Below, piece after piece: positions 45,424 to 55,186 of a stretch of DNA of 64,000 nt; positions within the stretch are counted from its first letter, which is position 1; each line of letters begins with the position of its first letter. The stretch is taken from NCBI GenBank assembly GCA_041661545.1, contig JBAZUH010000001.1, positions 211,877-275,876 of the forward strand. Reading direction: 5' to 3'. Position numbers and translations under genes: made by a program. This DNA is from Candidatus Staskawiczbacteria bacterium (GTDB lineage: Bacteria > Patescibacteriota > Minisyncoccia > Minisyncoccales > Staskawiczbacteraceae). Below the pieces are notes generated by a model. That model saw nothing but the letters and a program-made list of their open reading frames with translations. It made no database searches and was not told the DNA's origin.

Positions 45424-45636
45424 TTATTTTTCTATATGAATACATTGAACGGGACATGTTTCTGCTGCAGCTTCTGAGCATTCTATTTTTTCTACTTCTA
45501 ATTCTTCAACTTCCTGCTTTATTGCTCCAACAACGTGCGATTTGCCGTCATCTACCATTTCAAAATATTTTGGGCAAACTGCTGCACAAGAACCACACCC
45601 AATGCACTCTTCTCTTTTTAATATTATTTTTGCCAT
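45424..45636 (-). CDS. 4Fe-4S ferredoxin
   Basis: 70-aa ORF with CIGCGSCAAVCP and a C-terminal CPVQC. Confidence 0.8.
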   Translation of the reverse strand: MAKIILKREECIGCGSCAAVCPKYFEMVDDGKSHVVGAIKQEVEELEVEKIECSEAAAETCPVQCIHIEK

Positions 45637-45713
45637 AAGTTTACGTAGCGTAGCGATATGTTTATTTTTTATTAATGTTTGTATATTAATATATTATTTT
45701 AAAAATGTAAAGC

Positions 45714-46580
45714 CTAAGCCTTGTCTGCACTACCAAACAAAGCTATTTTTATGCCTACCAAATTTTCTACCGACTTAATGGCATTTTCTAGATATTTATA
45801 GGGCACAATCAATTCTTTATCATTTTCTAGCGCCCTTCTAATATTTCCAGAAAAAGCCAGCCTTAGCTCTGTGTTTATATTAATCTTAGAAACTCCCAGT
45901 TGAATAGCTTCTTTTACATCATCTTCTGGCGTTCCCGAACCACCATGCAAAACAAATGGTGTATTACCTACTTTATTTTTTATTTCTTTTAATAAATCTA
46001 ATCTTAAATTAGGACAAACTCCAGAAATTTCAATTCCGTGAAAGCTTCCTATGCTTATAGCTAATAAATCTACTTTGGTTTCTTTCAAAAATTTAAGTGC
46101 TTCATCTGGTTTTGTTAAATCTTCTTCTTTTATTTCAAATTTATCTGAATAAAGTTGCGAAGAATCTGTTCCAATTCTACCCACCTCGCCTTCTACCACC
46201 ACTCCTTTCTTTTTAGCATATTTTACTACTTCTTTTGTAATTTTTATATTTTCTTCTAACGGCAACTTCGAGCCATCAAAGTGAACCATATCATAGCCTG
46301 CATCAATGGCTTGTTTTAAATAATCAAATGATTTTCCATGATCTAAATTTAAAAAAATAGGTAATGCAAATTTTTTTCTTAAAACATCTCTTATTGCTAC
46401 AGCCTCTTCTAGCCCAAAAAATTTACTTTCGCCTTCGGAAGTGCCCAAAATAACCGGCGACTTTAACTGAGCACATTTATTAATTATTCCTTTTACTTGG
46501 CTAAAATCAGAAAAATTAAACTGCCCAATAGCAAATTTCTTTTCACGCGCTTTATTTAAGTAATATTTTAAATTTTTCAT
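45714..46580 (-). CDS. fba: class II fructose-bisphosphate aldolase
   Basis: 288-aa ORF with LNLDHGKS and HGGSGTP motifs. Confidence 0.9.
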   Translation of the reverse strand: MKNLKYYLNKAREKKFAIGQFNFSDFSQVKGIINKCAQLKSPVILGTSEGESKFFGLEEAVAIRDVLRKKFALPIFLNLDHGKSFDYLKQAIDAGYDMVHFDGSKLPLEENIKITKEVVKYAKKKGVVVEGEVGRIGTDSSQLYSDKFEIKEEDLTKPDEALKFLKETKVDLLAISIGSFHGIEISGVCPNLRLDLLKEIKNKVGNTPFVLHGGSGTPEDDVKEAIQLGVSKININTELRLAFSGNIRRALENDKELIVPYKYLENAIKSVENLVGIKIALFGSADKA

Positions 46581-46601
46581 CTTATTTTTAGATTTATATT
46601 T

Positions 46602-47207
46602 TTACTGACATGCCGAATTAAATTCTAGCTCAACACACTCTTGACCTCCTATGCAAGCACAATCAAGCTCGCAAGTATTGCAATCCTCATTAGCACCAGA
46701 AAATTCGCACTCACCGTTACCACATTCATTTTTCGTAACGCAAATACCAGCAACGCAAATTAGGCCATTCTGACATTCTATACCATCACAAGAGCCCCAT
46801 CCTCCATTTTCTCCTCCAGCGTCTCCAGTTCCTTCCGTGCATGTATAAACTCCTGCATCTGGGATGTTTGATAATTCTTTAACAGAGCCTACAGAATCAA
46901 CACACCAATACTTTGTAGGGTCTGTGCAAAGCTTATGATATGCAACAAATGCTGTTGTGCTTGGAATAAAAACATATGTTCCTTCACATGGAGTTACTGC
47001 ACTCAAAGTATTAGCATATGATCCATTTTTTTCGTAATTAACTATAGCACCCTTAGCTATTTGAGATAATTCCGCCTTAACCTTGGTGTCTTTAGATTTA
47101 TTTATATACTGTATTACATTTACTAAAACTATTCCTGCTAATACGGCAATAATAGCTATTACTACGATTAGCTCTATAATTGTAAACCCCTTTTGTGGTT
47201 TTTTCAT
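46602..47207 (-). CDS. type IV pilin-like protein with a Cys-rich C-terminal domain
   Basis: The prepilin signature KGFTIIELIVVIAIIAVLAG is present. About 14 Cys lie in the last 70 aa. Confidence 0.75.
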   Translation of the reverse strand: MKKPQKGFTIIELIVVIAIIAVLAGIVLVNVIQYINKSKDTKVKAELSQIAKGAIVNYEKNGSYANTLSAVTPCEGTYVFIPSTTAFVAYHKLCTDPTKYWCVDSVGSVKELSNIPDAGVYTCTEGTGDAGGENGGWGSCDGIECQNGLICVAGICVTKNECGNGECEFSGANEDCNTCELDCACIGGQECVELEFNSACQ

Positions 47208-47211
47208 ATAT

Positions 47212-48258
47212 TTATTTCGGCATGCATAAATTATTCTCCAAACATAATTGTTTTACAACTTTGACTCTTATAAATTCTGCATCTTTTTCTAAAATACCAT
47301 TTTTAGCTCCAATTTCTGATAAATTAGCGGCCGAGTTTGCCAACCCTAGCTGTATTGCCTTTTCCATGTCTCCTTCGTATTTTATATAATTAGACAAAAA
47401 TCCACTTGCAAAAGAATCTCCTGCTCCTGTTGTATCTACAATTTTTCTACTTTCATCTGGCAATGCAGAATAAGAGTATTTTCCGTCGGAAACAACCACA
47501 CCCTCTCCTCCTTTTGTCATAACAACAATTTTAGAACCCATTTCATCTATTTTTTTAAATATCTCATTTTCTTTTTCAAAAGAAAACTTAGTTAAAAAAG
47601 AGGCTTCTTCTTGATTTAAAAACAAAATATCTATTTTTTTAAAAATTTCTTTTAATTTTTCTTCTGATAATGATAATTGTTGCTTTGAAGGATTTACAGC
47701 AATTTTAATATTGTTTTCATATGCAAAATTTATTATTTTTTCAAATGCGCAACCACCTTCGTCTAGTGACTCCGGCGAGTCAAGCAATAAACCAGTCAAG
47801 GGCGCCAAATAAAACCATTTCGCACTTTTTATTTTTTTCCAAGGAATATCTTTATCAGTCAACACATCCGATGCGCCCCTATAAACTAATATTGTTCTAT
47901 CTGAACCTTCGCTAGAAATTATAACCGAACTATTGGTATGTTTTTCCTTTTTCTTTAATACAAATTTAGTATCTATGCCTAAAATCTTTAACTCTCTAAC
48001 AATTTCTAACCCAGAAGCATCTGCTCCTATTGCACCACAAAAAGCTGTTCTAAAACCCTGTTTTGCAAAAGTAGCTGCAGTGTTTGTTCCACCACCTCCT
48101 GTTGTAAAAACAATATCATCTATATTAATTTTAGAACCCAATGTAAAACAAATACCCCTACCTGTAACAAAATCTGTATTTCCATCTACTGTTTTAAATT
48201 CTTTTGACCGCAAATGAATATCCTGCGCCGCAGATCCAAACGTTATAATGTCGTACAT
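47212..48258 (-). CDS. PfkB-family carbohydrate kinase
   Basis: 348-aa ORF with GGGGTN and DTTGAGDSF motifs. Confidence 0.8.
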   Translation of the reverse strand: MYDIITFGSAAQDIHLRSKEFKTVDGNTDFVTGRGICFTLGSKINIDDIVFTTGGGGTNTAATFAKQGFRTAFCGAIGADASGLEIVRELKILGIDTKFVLKKKEKHTNSSVIISSEGSDRTILVYRGASDVLTDKDIPWKKIKSAKWFYLAPLTGLLLDSPESLDEGGCAFEKIINFAYENNIKIAVNPSKQQLSLSEEKLKEIFKKIDILFLNQEEASFLTKFSFEKENEIFKKIDEMGSKIVVMTKGGEGVVVSDGKYSYSALPDESRKIVDTTGAGDSFASGFLSNYIKYEGDMEKAIQLGLANSAANLSEIGAKNGILEKDAEFIRVKVVKQLCLENNLCMPK

Positions 48259-48262
48259 AATT

Positions 48263-50674
48263 TTATTTTTTGTTTTCTAATTTTTTTTCGGTGTCACTAA
48301 TAGCAATTTTGGTTTTTAAAACTGAGTCGGGGTTTAAAGAAATTGACTCAATCCCCTGCTCAACTAAAAATTGGGCAAAGTCTGAAAAATCGCTTGGGCC
48401 CTGCCCACAAATACCAATATACTTATTGTTATTCTTGCATACTTTTACAGCTTCTTCAATAAGCTCTTTTACTGCTTCGTTTTTTTCGTTTCCAATTGCT
48501 GACAATCCCCCATTGTCTCTATCTAGTCCAAGCGTTAGTTGAGTTAAATCATTAGAACCAATTGAAAATCCATCAAAAATTTCTAAAAACTTTTCAGCTA
48601 AAATTACATTTGCTGGAATTTCACACATTACGTAAACATTGCCTAAAATACCGTTTTCTCTAATAATTTGCATCACTTTTTTGCCCTCGTCTAACGTTCT
48701 ACAAAATGGAACCATGGGTATTACATTATCTAAGCCAAATTCTTCTTGCACTTTTTTCATTGCACGGCATTCTAAAACAAAGGCATCTTTAAATTTTTTA
48801 TCATAATACCTAGAGGCCCCTCTGAACCCAATCATGGGGTTTTCTTCTTCTGGCTCATAATTTTCTCCGCCCAATAAAGACCTATATTCATTTGTTTTAA
48901 AATCAGAGAACCTTACAATTACTGGCTTAGGGTAAAAAGCTGCACCAATTGTTCCTATACCTTCGGCTAATTTGTCTATATAAAACTGAACTTTGTCACT
49001 ATACCCCAAAGTTATAGCATCTATTTTTTTCTTTAGTGTTTTGTCCCGCCCCAAGCGGGATCCCGCTATGGCGGGATAGTTTATTAAAGCGTTTGGATGA
49101 ACTTTTATAGAGTTTATAATTATAAACTCTTCACGGGCCAAACCAACACCATCATTTGGTATAAAACTTAAATTAAATGCATTTGAAGGCTCACCCACGT
49201 TCATTAAAATTTTAACATTGTTGTGGGGAATATTAGAAATATCTGTTTTTTGAATTTCAAATGGAATTATGCCTTCATAGACTTTTCCATTTTCTCCACC
49301 CGAACAGTCTATTGTTATTTCTTGCCCCGATTTTATTATTTTTGTTCCATTATTTGTTCCTACAATTACCGGCACCCCCAACTCTCTGCCAACAATAGCA
49401 GCGTGACAGGTTCTACCACCAGAATCTGTAACAATTGCCGAAGCTAATTTCATTGCCGGCACCCAATCGGGGTCGGTGGCTGTAGTTACTAAAACTTCTC
49501 CTTTTTTAAATTTTCCTATATCTTTTGCACTTAAAATTTTGTTTGCCTTGCCTTGCCCAATCTTACTGCCCACGCTCATACCCTGAGCAACAATTTTTAA
49601 TTTTACATTTCCAATTTTCAATACATAATCTTCTAAAACTTTTAAATTCTTTCTACTTTGCACTGTTTCGGGCCGTGCCTGCACAATATATAATTTTCCA
49701 TCTCTGCCGTCTTTTGCCCACTCCATGTCCATTGATTTTTTATAATGGTCTTCTATGATTATTGACCACTTTGCTAAACTCAAAATTTCTTCGTTATTTA
49801 AAACAAAACTCTCTCTTTCTTTTTTAGTTGTTGCAATATTCTTACAAGGAAGCTTAGGGTTTGTTGTATAAATCATTTTTATCAGTTTGCTTCCAATTCT
49901 TTTTTCTACTATTGGCTTAAACCCTTTTTTAAGCGTAGTTTCAAAAACATAATATTGGTCTGGCTCAACAGCTCCCTGCACAACGTTTTCACCCAAACCA
50001 TAACTAGCATTAATTAAAACAACATCTCCAAACCCAGATTCTGTATCACAAGAAAACATAACTCCCGATGCCCCTAAATCTGCTCTTACCATTTTTTGTA
50101 TTCCAGCTGATAACCCCACTTTTGTATGAGCAAAACCCATTTCTTGCCTATAAACAATGGCCCTGCTTGTAAACAATGATGCAAAACACTTTTTTACAGC
50201 TAACAAAACATTTTCTGCGCCTACAATATTTAAATAAGTTTCTTGTTGACCAGCAAAACTAGCTCCTGGCAAATCTTCTGCAGTTGCCGAAGATCTTACC
50301 GCCACATCTGTATCTTCTGGTCCATATTTACCCGACAATCTCTTATAAGCCAAAATTACATCATCTGCAAATTCTTGTGGTAATTGCGAATTTAAAATTG
50401 ACTCTCTAACTATTTTTCCTTTTTCAGCAAGTTGTAGCAAATTATGAATATCTAAATCTTTTAAAGTGTCTTCAATTTTTTTATCTAATCCAGTTGTTTC
50501 TAAAAAATAAAAATATGCCTCTGCAGTTGTGGCAAAACCAAAAGGCACATTTACTCCTTTAGGAGAAACCGACTTAATCATTTCTCCTAATGAAGCATTT
50601 TTGCCTCCAACCAGAGGAATATCTTTTATGGTTATCTCATCAAACCAAAGTATATTTTTTTTAGGTTTTTCCAT
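48263..50674 (-). CDS. ppsA: phosphoenolpyruvate synthase
   Basis: 803-aa ORF with GGRTCHAAIVGRELG (phosphohistidine) and a C-terminal PEP-utilising TIM domain. It carries an in-frame GC repeat at 49043-49077. Confidence 0.9.
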   Translation of the reverse strand: MEKPKKNILWFDEITIKDIPLVGGKNASLGEMIKSVSPKGVNVPFGFATTAEAYFYFLETTGLDKKIEDTLKDLDIHNLLQLAEKGKIVRESILNSQLPQEFADDVILAYKRLSGKYGPEDTDVAVRSSATAEDLPGASFAGQQETYLNIVGAENVLLAVKKCFASLFTSRAIVYRQEMGFAHTKVGLSAGIQKMVRADLGASGVMFSCDTESGFGDVVLINASYGLGENVVQGAVEPDQYYVFETTLKKGFKPIVEKRIGSKLIKMIYTTNPKLPCKNIATTKKERESFVLNNEEILSLAKWSIIIEDHYKKSMDMEWAKDGRDGKLYIVQARPETVQSRKNLKVLEDYVLKIGNVKLKIVAQGMSVGSKIGQGKANKILSAKDIGKFKKGEVLVTTATDPDWVPAMKLASAIVTDSGGRTCHAAIVGRELGVPVIVGTNNGTKIIKSGQEITIDCSGGENGKVYEGIIPFEIQKTDISNIPHNNVKILMNVGEPSNAFNLSFIPNDGVGLAREEFIIINSIKVHPNALINYPAIAGSRLGRDKTLKKKIDAITLGYSDKVQFYIDKLAEGIGTIGAAFYPKPVIVRFSDFKTNEYRSLLGGENYEPEEENPMIGFRGASRYYDKKFKDAFVLECRAMKKVQEEFGLDNVIPMVPFCRTLDEGKKVMQIIRENGILGNVYVMCEIPANVILAEKFLEIFDGFSIGSNDLTQLTLGLDRDNGGLSAIGNEKNEAVKELIEEAVKVCKNNNKYIGICGQGPSDFSDFAQFLVEQGIESISLNPDSVLKTKIAISDTEKKLENKK
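49043..49077 (+). repeat. GC-rich double-hairpin repeat inside ppsA
   Basis: gtcccgccccaagcgggatcccgctatggcgggat, encoding part of PAIAGSRLGRD. Confidence 0.7.
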
Positions 50675-50725
50675 ATTATTTTACAACATTAACAAAATTT
50701 TTAGTATCAATAATCAACACAAGCA

Positions 50726-51379
50726 TCATAGATTAGGACACTCGCCACCGTTGGGAGAAGTAACTCCATTTCCCTGTCCGCAACAAAAATGTGCCTCCGG
50801 GTTATAACAAGTTATTCCGTCACAACAACTATCACCAGGGTTGGTACAACAACCCGACCCACAACACGGTAAATTGGTTTCGCAAGTATGACCACCGGGA
50901 CATTGATGCACATATGCACATGCCCCATCAATACAAATATATCCGGGCTCACAAGTTATACCCCCGCAAAGAGTTTCTCCTCCACCAGCACCACCATCTC
51001 CAGCAGTACATGTATATACATCAGAATCTGGGGCGGTTGCTAATTCTTTAACAGCTCCAGTAGAGTCAACACACCAAAATGCACTGCTAGTGCACAATTT
51101 AGCATAAGCAGCGAAGGCAGAAACACTTGTATGAATTTGATAAGAACTCCCCGCACATTGGCCTGATGGGTTTGAGATTACAAAACCTATATAAGTGTAA
51201 TCTTTTAAAAATTTTTCGGCAGCGACCGTGTATATTTGACGAAGATTTGCTTTTATGGCTGCGTCTTTAGATTTATTAATATATTGCGTTACATTTACTA
51301 AAACTATTCCAGCCAAAACAGCGATAATAGCAATTACCACTATTAATTCTATTATTGTAAACCCTTTAGATTTTTGCAT
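50726..51379 (-). CDS. type IV pilin-like protein with a Cys-rich C-terminal domain (paralog)
   Basis: KGFTIIELIVVIAIIAVLAG is present. The C-terminus is very Cys/Gly-rich and locally GC-rich. Confidence 0.75.
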   Translation of the reverse strand: MQKSKGFTIIELIVVIAIIAVLAGIVLVNVTQYINKSKDAAIKANLRQIYTVAAEKFLKDYTYIGFVISNPSGQCAGSSYQIHTSVSAFAAYAKLCTSSAFWCVDSTGAVKELATAPDSDVYTCTAGDGGAGGGETLCGGITCEPGYICIDGACAYVHQCPGGHTCETNLPCCGSGCCTNPGDSCCDGITCYNPEAHFCCGQGNGVTSPNGGECPNL

Positions 51380-51380
51380 A

Positions 51381-52727
51381 TCATTTTTTAATTAACGATT
51401 TAATAGCAATAATGCCACACTTTAAATCGCTATAATTTGGAATGTGATTTTTTTCTAACAACTCTATTGCTTCATCTGATAATTTTCCGCCCAAAAAGAA
51501 ACAAATAACTGGTTTTTTAGGAAAAAGTTTTTGAGCTTCTATAATTGTTTTAGCATTTTCCATTGGATCTGTCATAATTTGGGGAGTTTGTATTACCATT
51601 AATCCAGCAACATTTTTTTGGCTTAAAGCCTCTTCAATGGCAACTTTATAGCCCGCGCTAGAAGCATCACCAACAATATCAAGTGGGTTATGTTTAGACC
51701 AGTGGGGGCTCATATCTTTAGAACTAGAAATTTTATTAATAGTTTCTTCAAAAAGTTCTGCCAAATTAATTTCTTGTATTTTACAATAATCAGCCGCCAA
51801 AACTCCGCAACCTCCTCCATTTGTAACAATAGCAAAAGAATTTTCACAATTAGGTTGCCAAGATAAAAGTTTAGAAATATCAACTAACTCTTCTATAGAA
51901 TCTGCTTCAATGATGCCGGTTTGTTTAAAAACAGATTTATAAACTTCGTAATCACCAGCCATAGAGCCTGTGTGGCTTTGCACTGCCTTGGCTCCAGATT
52001 CAAATTTTCCGGCCTTAATTGCCACAATTGGCTTAATTTTAGTAATTTTACTAGCCACTTCCATAAACTTTTTGCCATCTTTAATTGCTTCTACATATAA
52101 TGCAATAACCTTTGTATCATTATCATTGGCCAACCACTCTAAAAAGTCTGTTAAGGTTACATCGGCCTCATTTCCATAAGAAATGCCCGAGGAGAGGCCT
52201 AATTTTGCCACTCCGTCAATTATAACATCTAGCAACGCACCCGATTGAGACACAAAAGAAATTTCTCCGTCAGCTGGAGTGGCCGGAGAGAAAGAAGCAT
52301 TTAATTTGTTTTCTGTTTTAACAACTCCCAAACAATTAGGACCTATCATAGGAATTCCAGCATTTTTAACTTTTTCTAATATTTCTTTTTGCCTAGCAAC
52401 GCCATCTTCGCCCATTTCACCAAAACCAGCAGAAATTATAATTATTCCACCTACTTTTTTATTACAACAATCATTTATAACTTCTAAAACAAACTTAGCA
52501 GGAACAGCTATTACCGCAAGATCTATTTCTTCTGGTATATCTGTTATTTTATTAAAAGTTTTATTTCCTAAAATTTCTATTTGATTAGGATTAACAAAAA
52601 ACGCTTTACGAACATCTTTGCCTGTTAAAATATTTTTTACCAAACCAAAACCAACTGTTTTTTCTTGAGAACTTGCTCCAATTATAGCAACAGATTTTGG
52701 ATTAAAAATTTTACTTAAATCTCTCAT
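51381..52727 (-). CDS. ADP-forming acetyl-CoA synthetase, alpha (CoA-binding/ligase-CoA) subunit
   Basis: 448-aa ORF with a CoA-binding Rossmann N-terminus (SVAIIGAS) and succinyl-CoA-synthetase-like domains. Confidence 0.75.
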   Translation of the reverse strand: MRDLSKIFNPKSVAIIGASSQEKTVGFGLVKNILTGKDVRKAFFVNPNQIEILGNKTFNKITDIPEEIDLAVIAVPAKFVLEVINDCCNKKVGGIIIISAGFGEMGEDGVARQKEILEKVKNAGIPMIGPNCLGVVKTENKLNASFSPATPADGEISFVSQSGALLDVIIDGVAKLGLSSGISYGNEADVTLTDFLEWLANDNDTKVIALYVEAIKDGKKFMEVASKITKIKPIVAIKAGKFESGAKAVQSHTGSMAGDYEVYKSVFKQTGIIEADSIEELVDISKLLSWQPNCENSFAIVTNGGGCGVLAADYCKIQEINLAELFEETINKISSSKDMSPHWSKHNPLDIVGDASSAGYKVAIEEALSQKNVAGLMVIQTPQIMTDPMENAKTIIEAQKLFPKKPVICFFLGGKLSDEAIELLEKNHIPNYSDLKCGIIAIKSLIKK

Positions 52728-53353
52728 TATATTATAAATTTAAAATCTACAGCTAAAGCTGTTTTAATATTAGAAATTACCGGATTTAAATCAATTTCTT
52801 GTATTTCTGGTTGATTTATAGATAATTCAGAAATTGCAACAATTATTTTAGCAACTTTTTCAAAATTAATTGGTTTTTTATCTCTTTTTCCGCATAAATA
52901 ATCGTAGCCCTTTAATTCAGACATCATTTTAAGCGCTTCTTTTTCTGAAACCGGAGCAACTCTTAAAACAAAATCTTTTAAAATTTCTGTAAAAATTCCG
53001 CCAATTCCAACCATTACAACTGGCCCAAATTGTGGGTCTCGCTTCATTCCTATAATTAAATTTTTGCCATCTACTTTTTCTTGAATTAAAACCCCTTCTA
53101 CTCCTTTTATCTTTATCATTTTAGAAAACATTTTAATTGCCTCTTCTTTATTTTTAGCCTCATCAACTCCATTTATTTCTGTGCGGTGCAAAATATCATT
53201 TCCATAAATTTTTAAAAAAACAGGATACCCAAAAATATCTGCGGTTTTTTGTGCTTCTTCTGGGGTTATGCAAAGAACGGTTCTTGGAAAAGAAATTTTA
53301 TATTTTGCCAATAATTTTTTTGCTAACTCAAAATCAATTACCTGCATATTCAA
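52727..53353 (-). CDS. ADP-forming acetyl-CoA synthetase, beta (ATP-grasp) subunit
   Basis: 208-aa ORF with an ATP-grasp pattern. Its stop overlaps the alpha subunit start. Confidence 0.7.
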   Translation of the reverse strand: MNMQVIDFELAKKLLAKYKISFPRTVLCITPEEAQKTADIFGYPVFLKIYGNDILHRTEINGVDEAKNKEEAIKMFSKMIKIKGVEGVLIQEKVDGKNLIIGMKRDPQFGPVVMVGIGGIFTEILKDFVLRVAPVSEKEALKMMSELKGYDYLCGKRDKKPINFEKVAKIIVAISELSINQPEIQEIDLNPVISNIKTALAVDFKFII

Positions 53354-53422
53354 GTATTATATCATCTATTTAAAAAGTAAAAAAGTGGATAATACATCAA
53401 CCATTAAAATTATCGTGCCCTA

Positions 53423-53451
53423 TTGACATGATTTTAGTAATATGATAATAT
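53423..53451 (+). promoter_or_regulatory. near-consensus promoter of the RNase P RNA gene
   Basis: TTGACA, 17 nt, TAATAT with a TGa extended -10. Confidence 0.6.
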
Positions 53452-53457
53452 ATAACC

Positions 53458-53835
53458 ATTGACAATTAAATAGGTGGTCCGGTCGTAGTTAAGCCTAATT
53501 CGGATAGAGTATGCGTTAACCGAGCGTTCGGTACGATTAAGGCACGCACGACCAGACCACCGACCTTTTCGGGCGAAATTCCGCATTTCACAAGTTCGAA
53601 GAGAATGCTCTTCGACTGCCCAAGGCTAACTAGTGCCTCGTGAACCGAAACTAGGTTGAAAATTAATGGGATCCTCCCGCAAGGCTGGATTCCGCTGCTA
53701 AGAGATTAGTGGAACCTATCTTAGCAGAACCTTCTTCAATGCGCCGTGCTTGAGGTTTAAAAGCAGACTGTTCAGAGTTCCGCAAGGGACTTTGTCGAAA
53801 CAGAAATGCCTTATCTCGCCGGCGCCTCTTTTTTT
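53458..53835 (+). ncRNA. rnpB: probable RNase P RNA (bacterial type, divergent)
   Basis: GC-rich non-coding block. Conserved blocks occur in the correct order on the plus strand: TTAAGGCA (P4 5' strand, pairing with TGCCTTA), GGTTGAAA, GCTAAGAG, GTGCTTGAGG and GACTTTGTCGAAACAGAAATGCCTTATC. The block ends in a T-run. The strand is not fully certain. Confidence 0.55.
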
Positions 53836-53939
53836 ACATTTTTTAACTAATTTTACTCAGGTTACCATATGGTAACCTGAAGCCGCCACATAATATTTTA
53901 AAAATCAAAAAGCACCTGTTAGGTGCCTTTTGATTTTTA

Positions 53940-54941
53940 TTAAAGTTTGGTTCCAATGAATTCGGCGAAATCAGCCATTCGGCAACTATATCCCCATTCG
54001 TTGTCATACCAAGCAACAATTTTTATCATATTTTCATTTACCATTGTTTCTTCTGCGTCAACAATTGATGAATATGTATCTCCCTTAAAATCTGCGGAAA
54101 CTAATGGCTCTTCTTCTACTCTTAAAATGCCTTTAAAATTTTCTGAGCTAGCTGCTTTTTTAAAAGCTTCATTAACTTCTTCTTTTGTGGTTGATTTTTT
54201 CACCTCAACAATTAAATCTAACAAAGAAACTGTTGGCGTTGGAACTCTTACAGCAATTCCATCTAGCTTTCCTTTTAATTCGGGAATAATTTTACCAATT
54301 GCTTTGGCAGCTCCAGTTGAAGTTGGAATCATATTTACAGCAGCTGCTCTTGCTCGCCTTAAATCTTTGTGAGGTAAATCAAGAATTTTTTGGTCATTGG
54401 TATAACTATGAATGGTTGTCATAAAACCCTTAACAATTCCAAACTCGTCGTTTAAAACTTTGGCAATTGGAGCTAAACAATTTGTTGTGCAAGACCCCAT
54501 ATCCATTACATCAACTTTTCCATCATATGTATTAGCATTAACACCCAAAACAAATCCTGGCAAATCTTTGCAAGGAGCTGAAACAATTACTTTTTTTGCT
54601 CCAGCTTTAATATGCTTTTTTGCTCCAGCCTCGTCGGTAAAAAATCCTGTGCATTCTAAAACTATATCAACTTTTAAATCTTTCCATGGTAATTTTTCAG
54701 GGTCTTTTTCTGCTAAAGCTAAGTATTTATTTTTTCCAACAATAATTGAATCATCTGTAGCTGAAATATCTTTACCATAGTTGCCATAATTAGAATCGTG
54801 TTTTAAAAGATGAGCCAGCGTTTTGTTGTCTGTTAAGTCATTTATTGCAACCACTTCCAAACCTGGGTGAGATTCTTCTATATTTTTAAAAACCTGACGG
54901 CCAATTCTCCCAAAACCATTTATAGCTACTTTAATTGACAT
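53940..54941 (-). CDS. gap: glyceraldehyde-3-phosphate dehydrogenase
   Basis: 333-aa ORF with INGFGRIGR and SCTTNCLAP motifs. Confidence 0.95.
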   Translation of the reverse strand: MSIKVAINGFGRIGRQVFKNIEESHPGLEVVAINDLTDNKTLAHLLKHDSNYGNYGKDISATDDSIIVGKNKYLALAEKDPEKLPWKDLKVDIVLECTGFFTDEAGAKKHIKAGAKKVIVSAPCKDLPGFVLGVNANTYDGKVDVMDMGSCTTNCLAPIAKVLNDEFGIVKGFMTTIHSYTNDQKILDLPHKDLRRARAAAVNMIPTSTGAAKAIGKIIPELKGKLDGIAVRVPTPTVSLLDLIVEVKKSTTKEEVNEAFKKAASSENFKGILRVEEEPLVSADFKGDTYSSIVDAEETMVNENMIKIVAWYDNEWGYSCRMADFAEFIGTKL

Positions 54942-54942
54942 A

Positions 54943-55179
54943 TTATTTTTGATTAATTTTTAGAAGTTCATCAATCTTCTGTTTGTCAAAACCAATTATA
55001 ATTTCGCCATCTATATCAACAACAGGCACAGCCATTTGACCAGAATCTTTTATCATTCTTTGAAGCTGTTTTTCATCTTTAGATATGTCTATATCTTCAA
55101 ACTCAATTCCATTTTTCTTTAAATAACCTTTGAGCGTCTTACAATAAACACAAGTTGGCGTAGAATATATCTTAGTCAT
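54943..55179 (-). CDS. glutaredoxin/NrdH-like redoxin
   Basis: Start taken at MTKIYSTPTCVYCK (CxxC), 78 aa. Confidence 0.8.
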   Translation of the reverse strand: MTKIYSTPTCVYCKTLKGYLKKNGIEFEDIDISKDEKQLQRMIKDSGQMAVPVVDIDGEIIIGFDKQKIDELLKINQK

Positions 55180-55186
55180 AGTTTTA

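Noticed and set aside
53458-53835. Reading the RNase P RNA candidate on the minus strand (CGACAAAGTCCCTTGC and TTAGGCTTAAC resemble CR-I and CR-V)
   Set aside because: The plus strand has a near-consensus promoter, a 3' T-run and the correct 5'-to-3' order of five conserved blocks, including ACAGAAATGCCTTATC. The minus-strand matches are partly the complement of the same helices. This remains to be confirmed with a covariance model.
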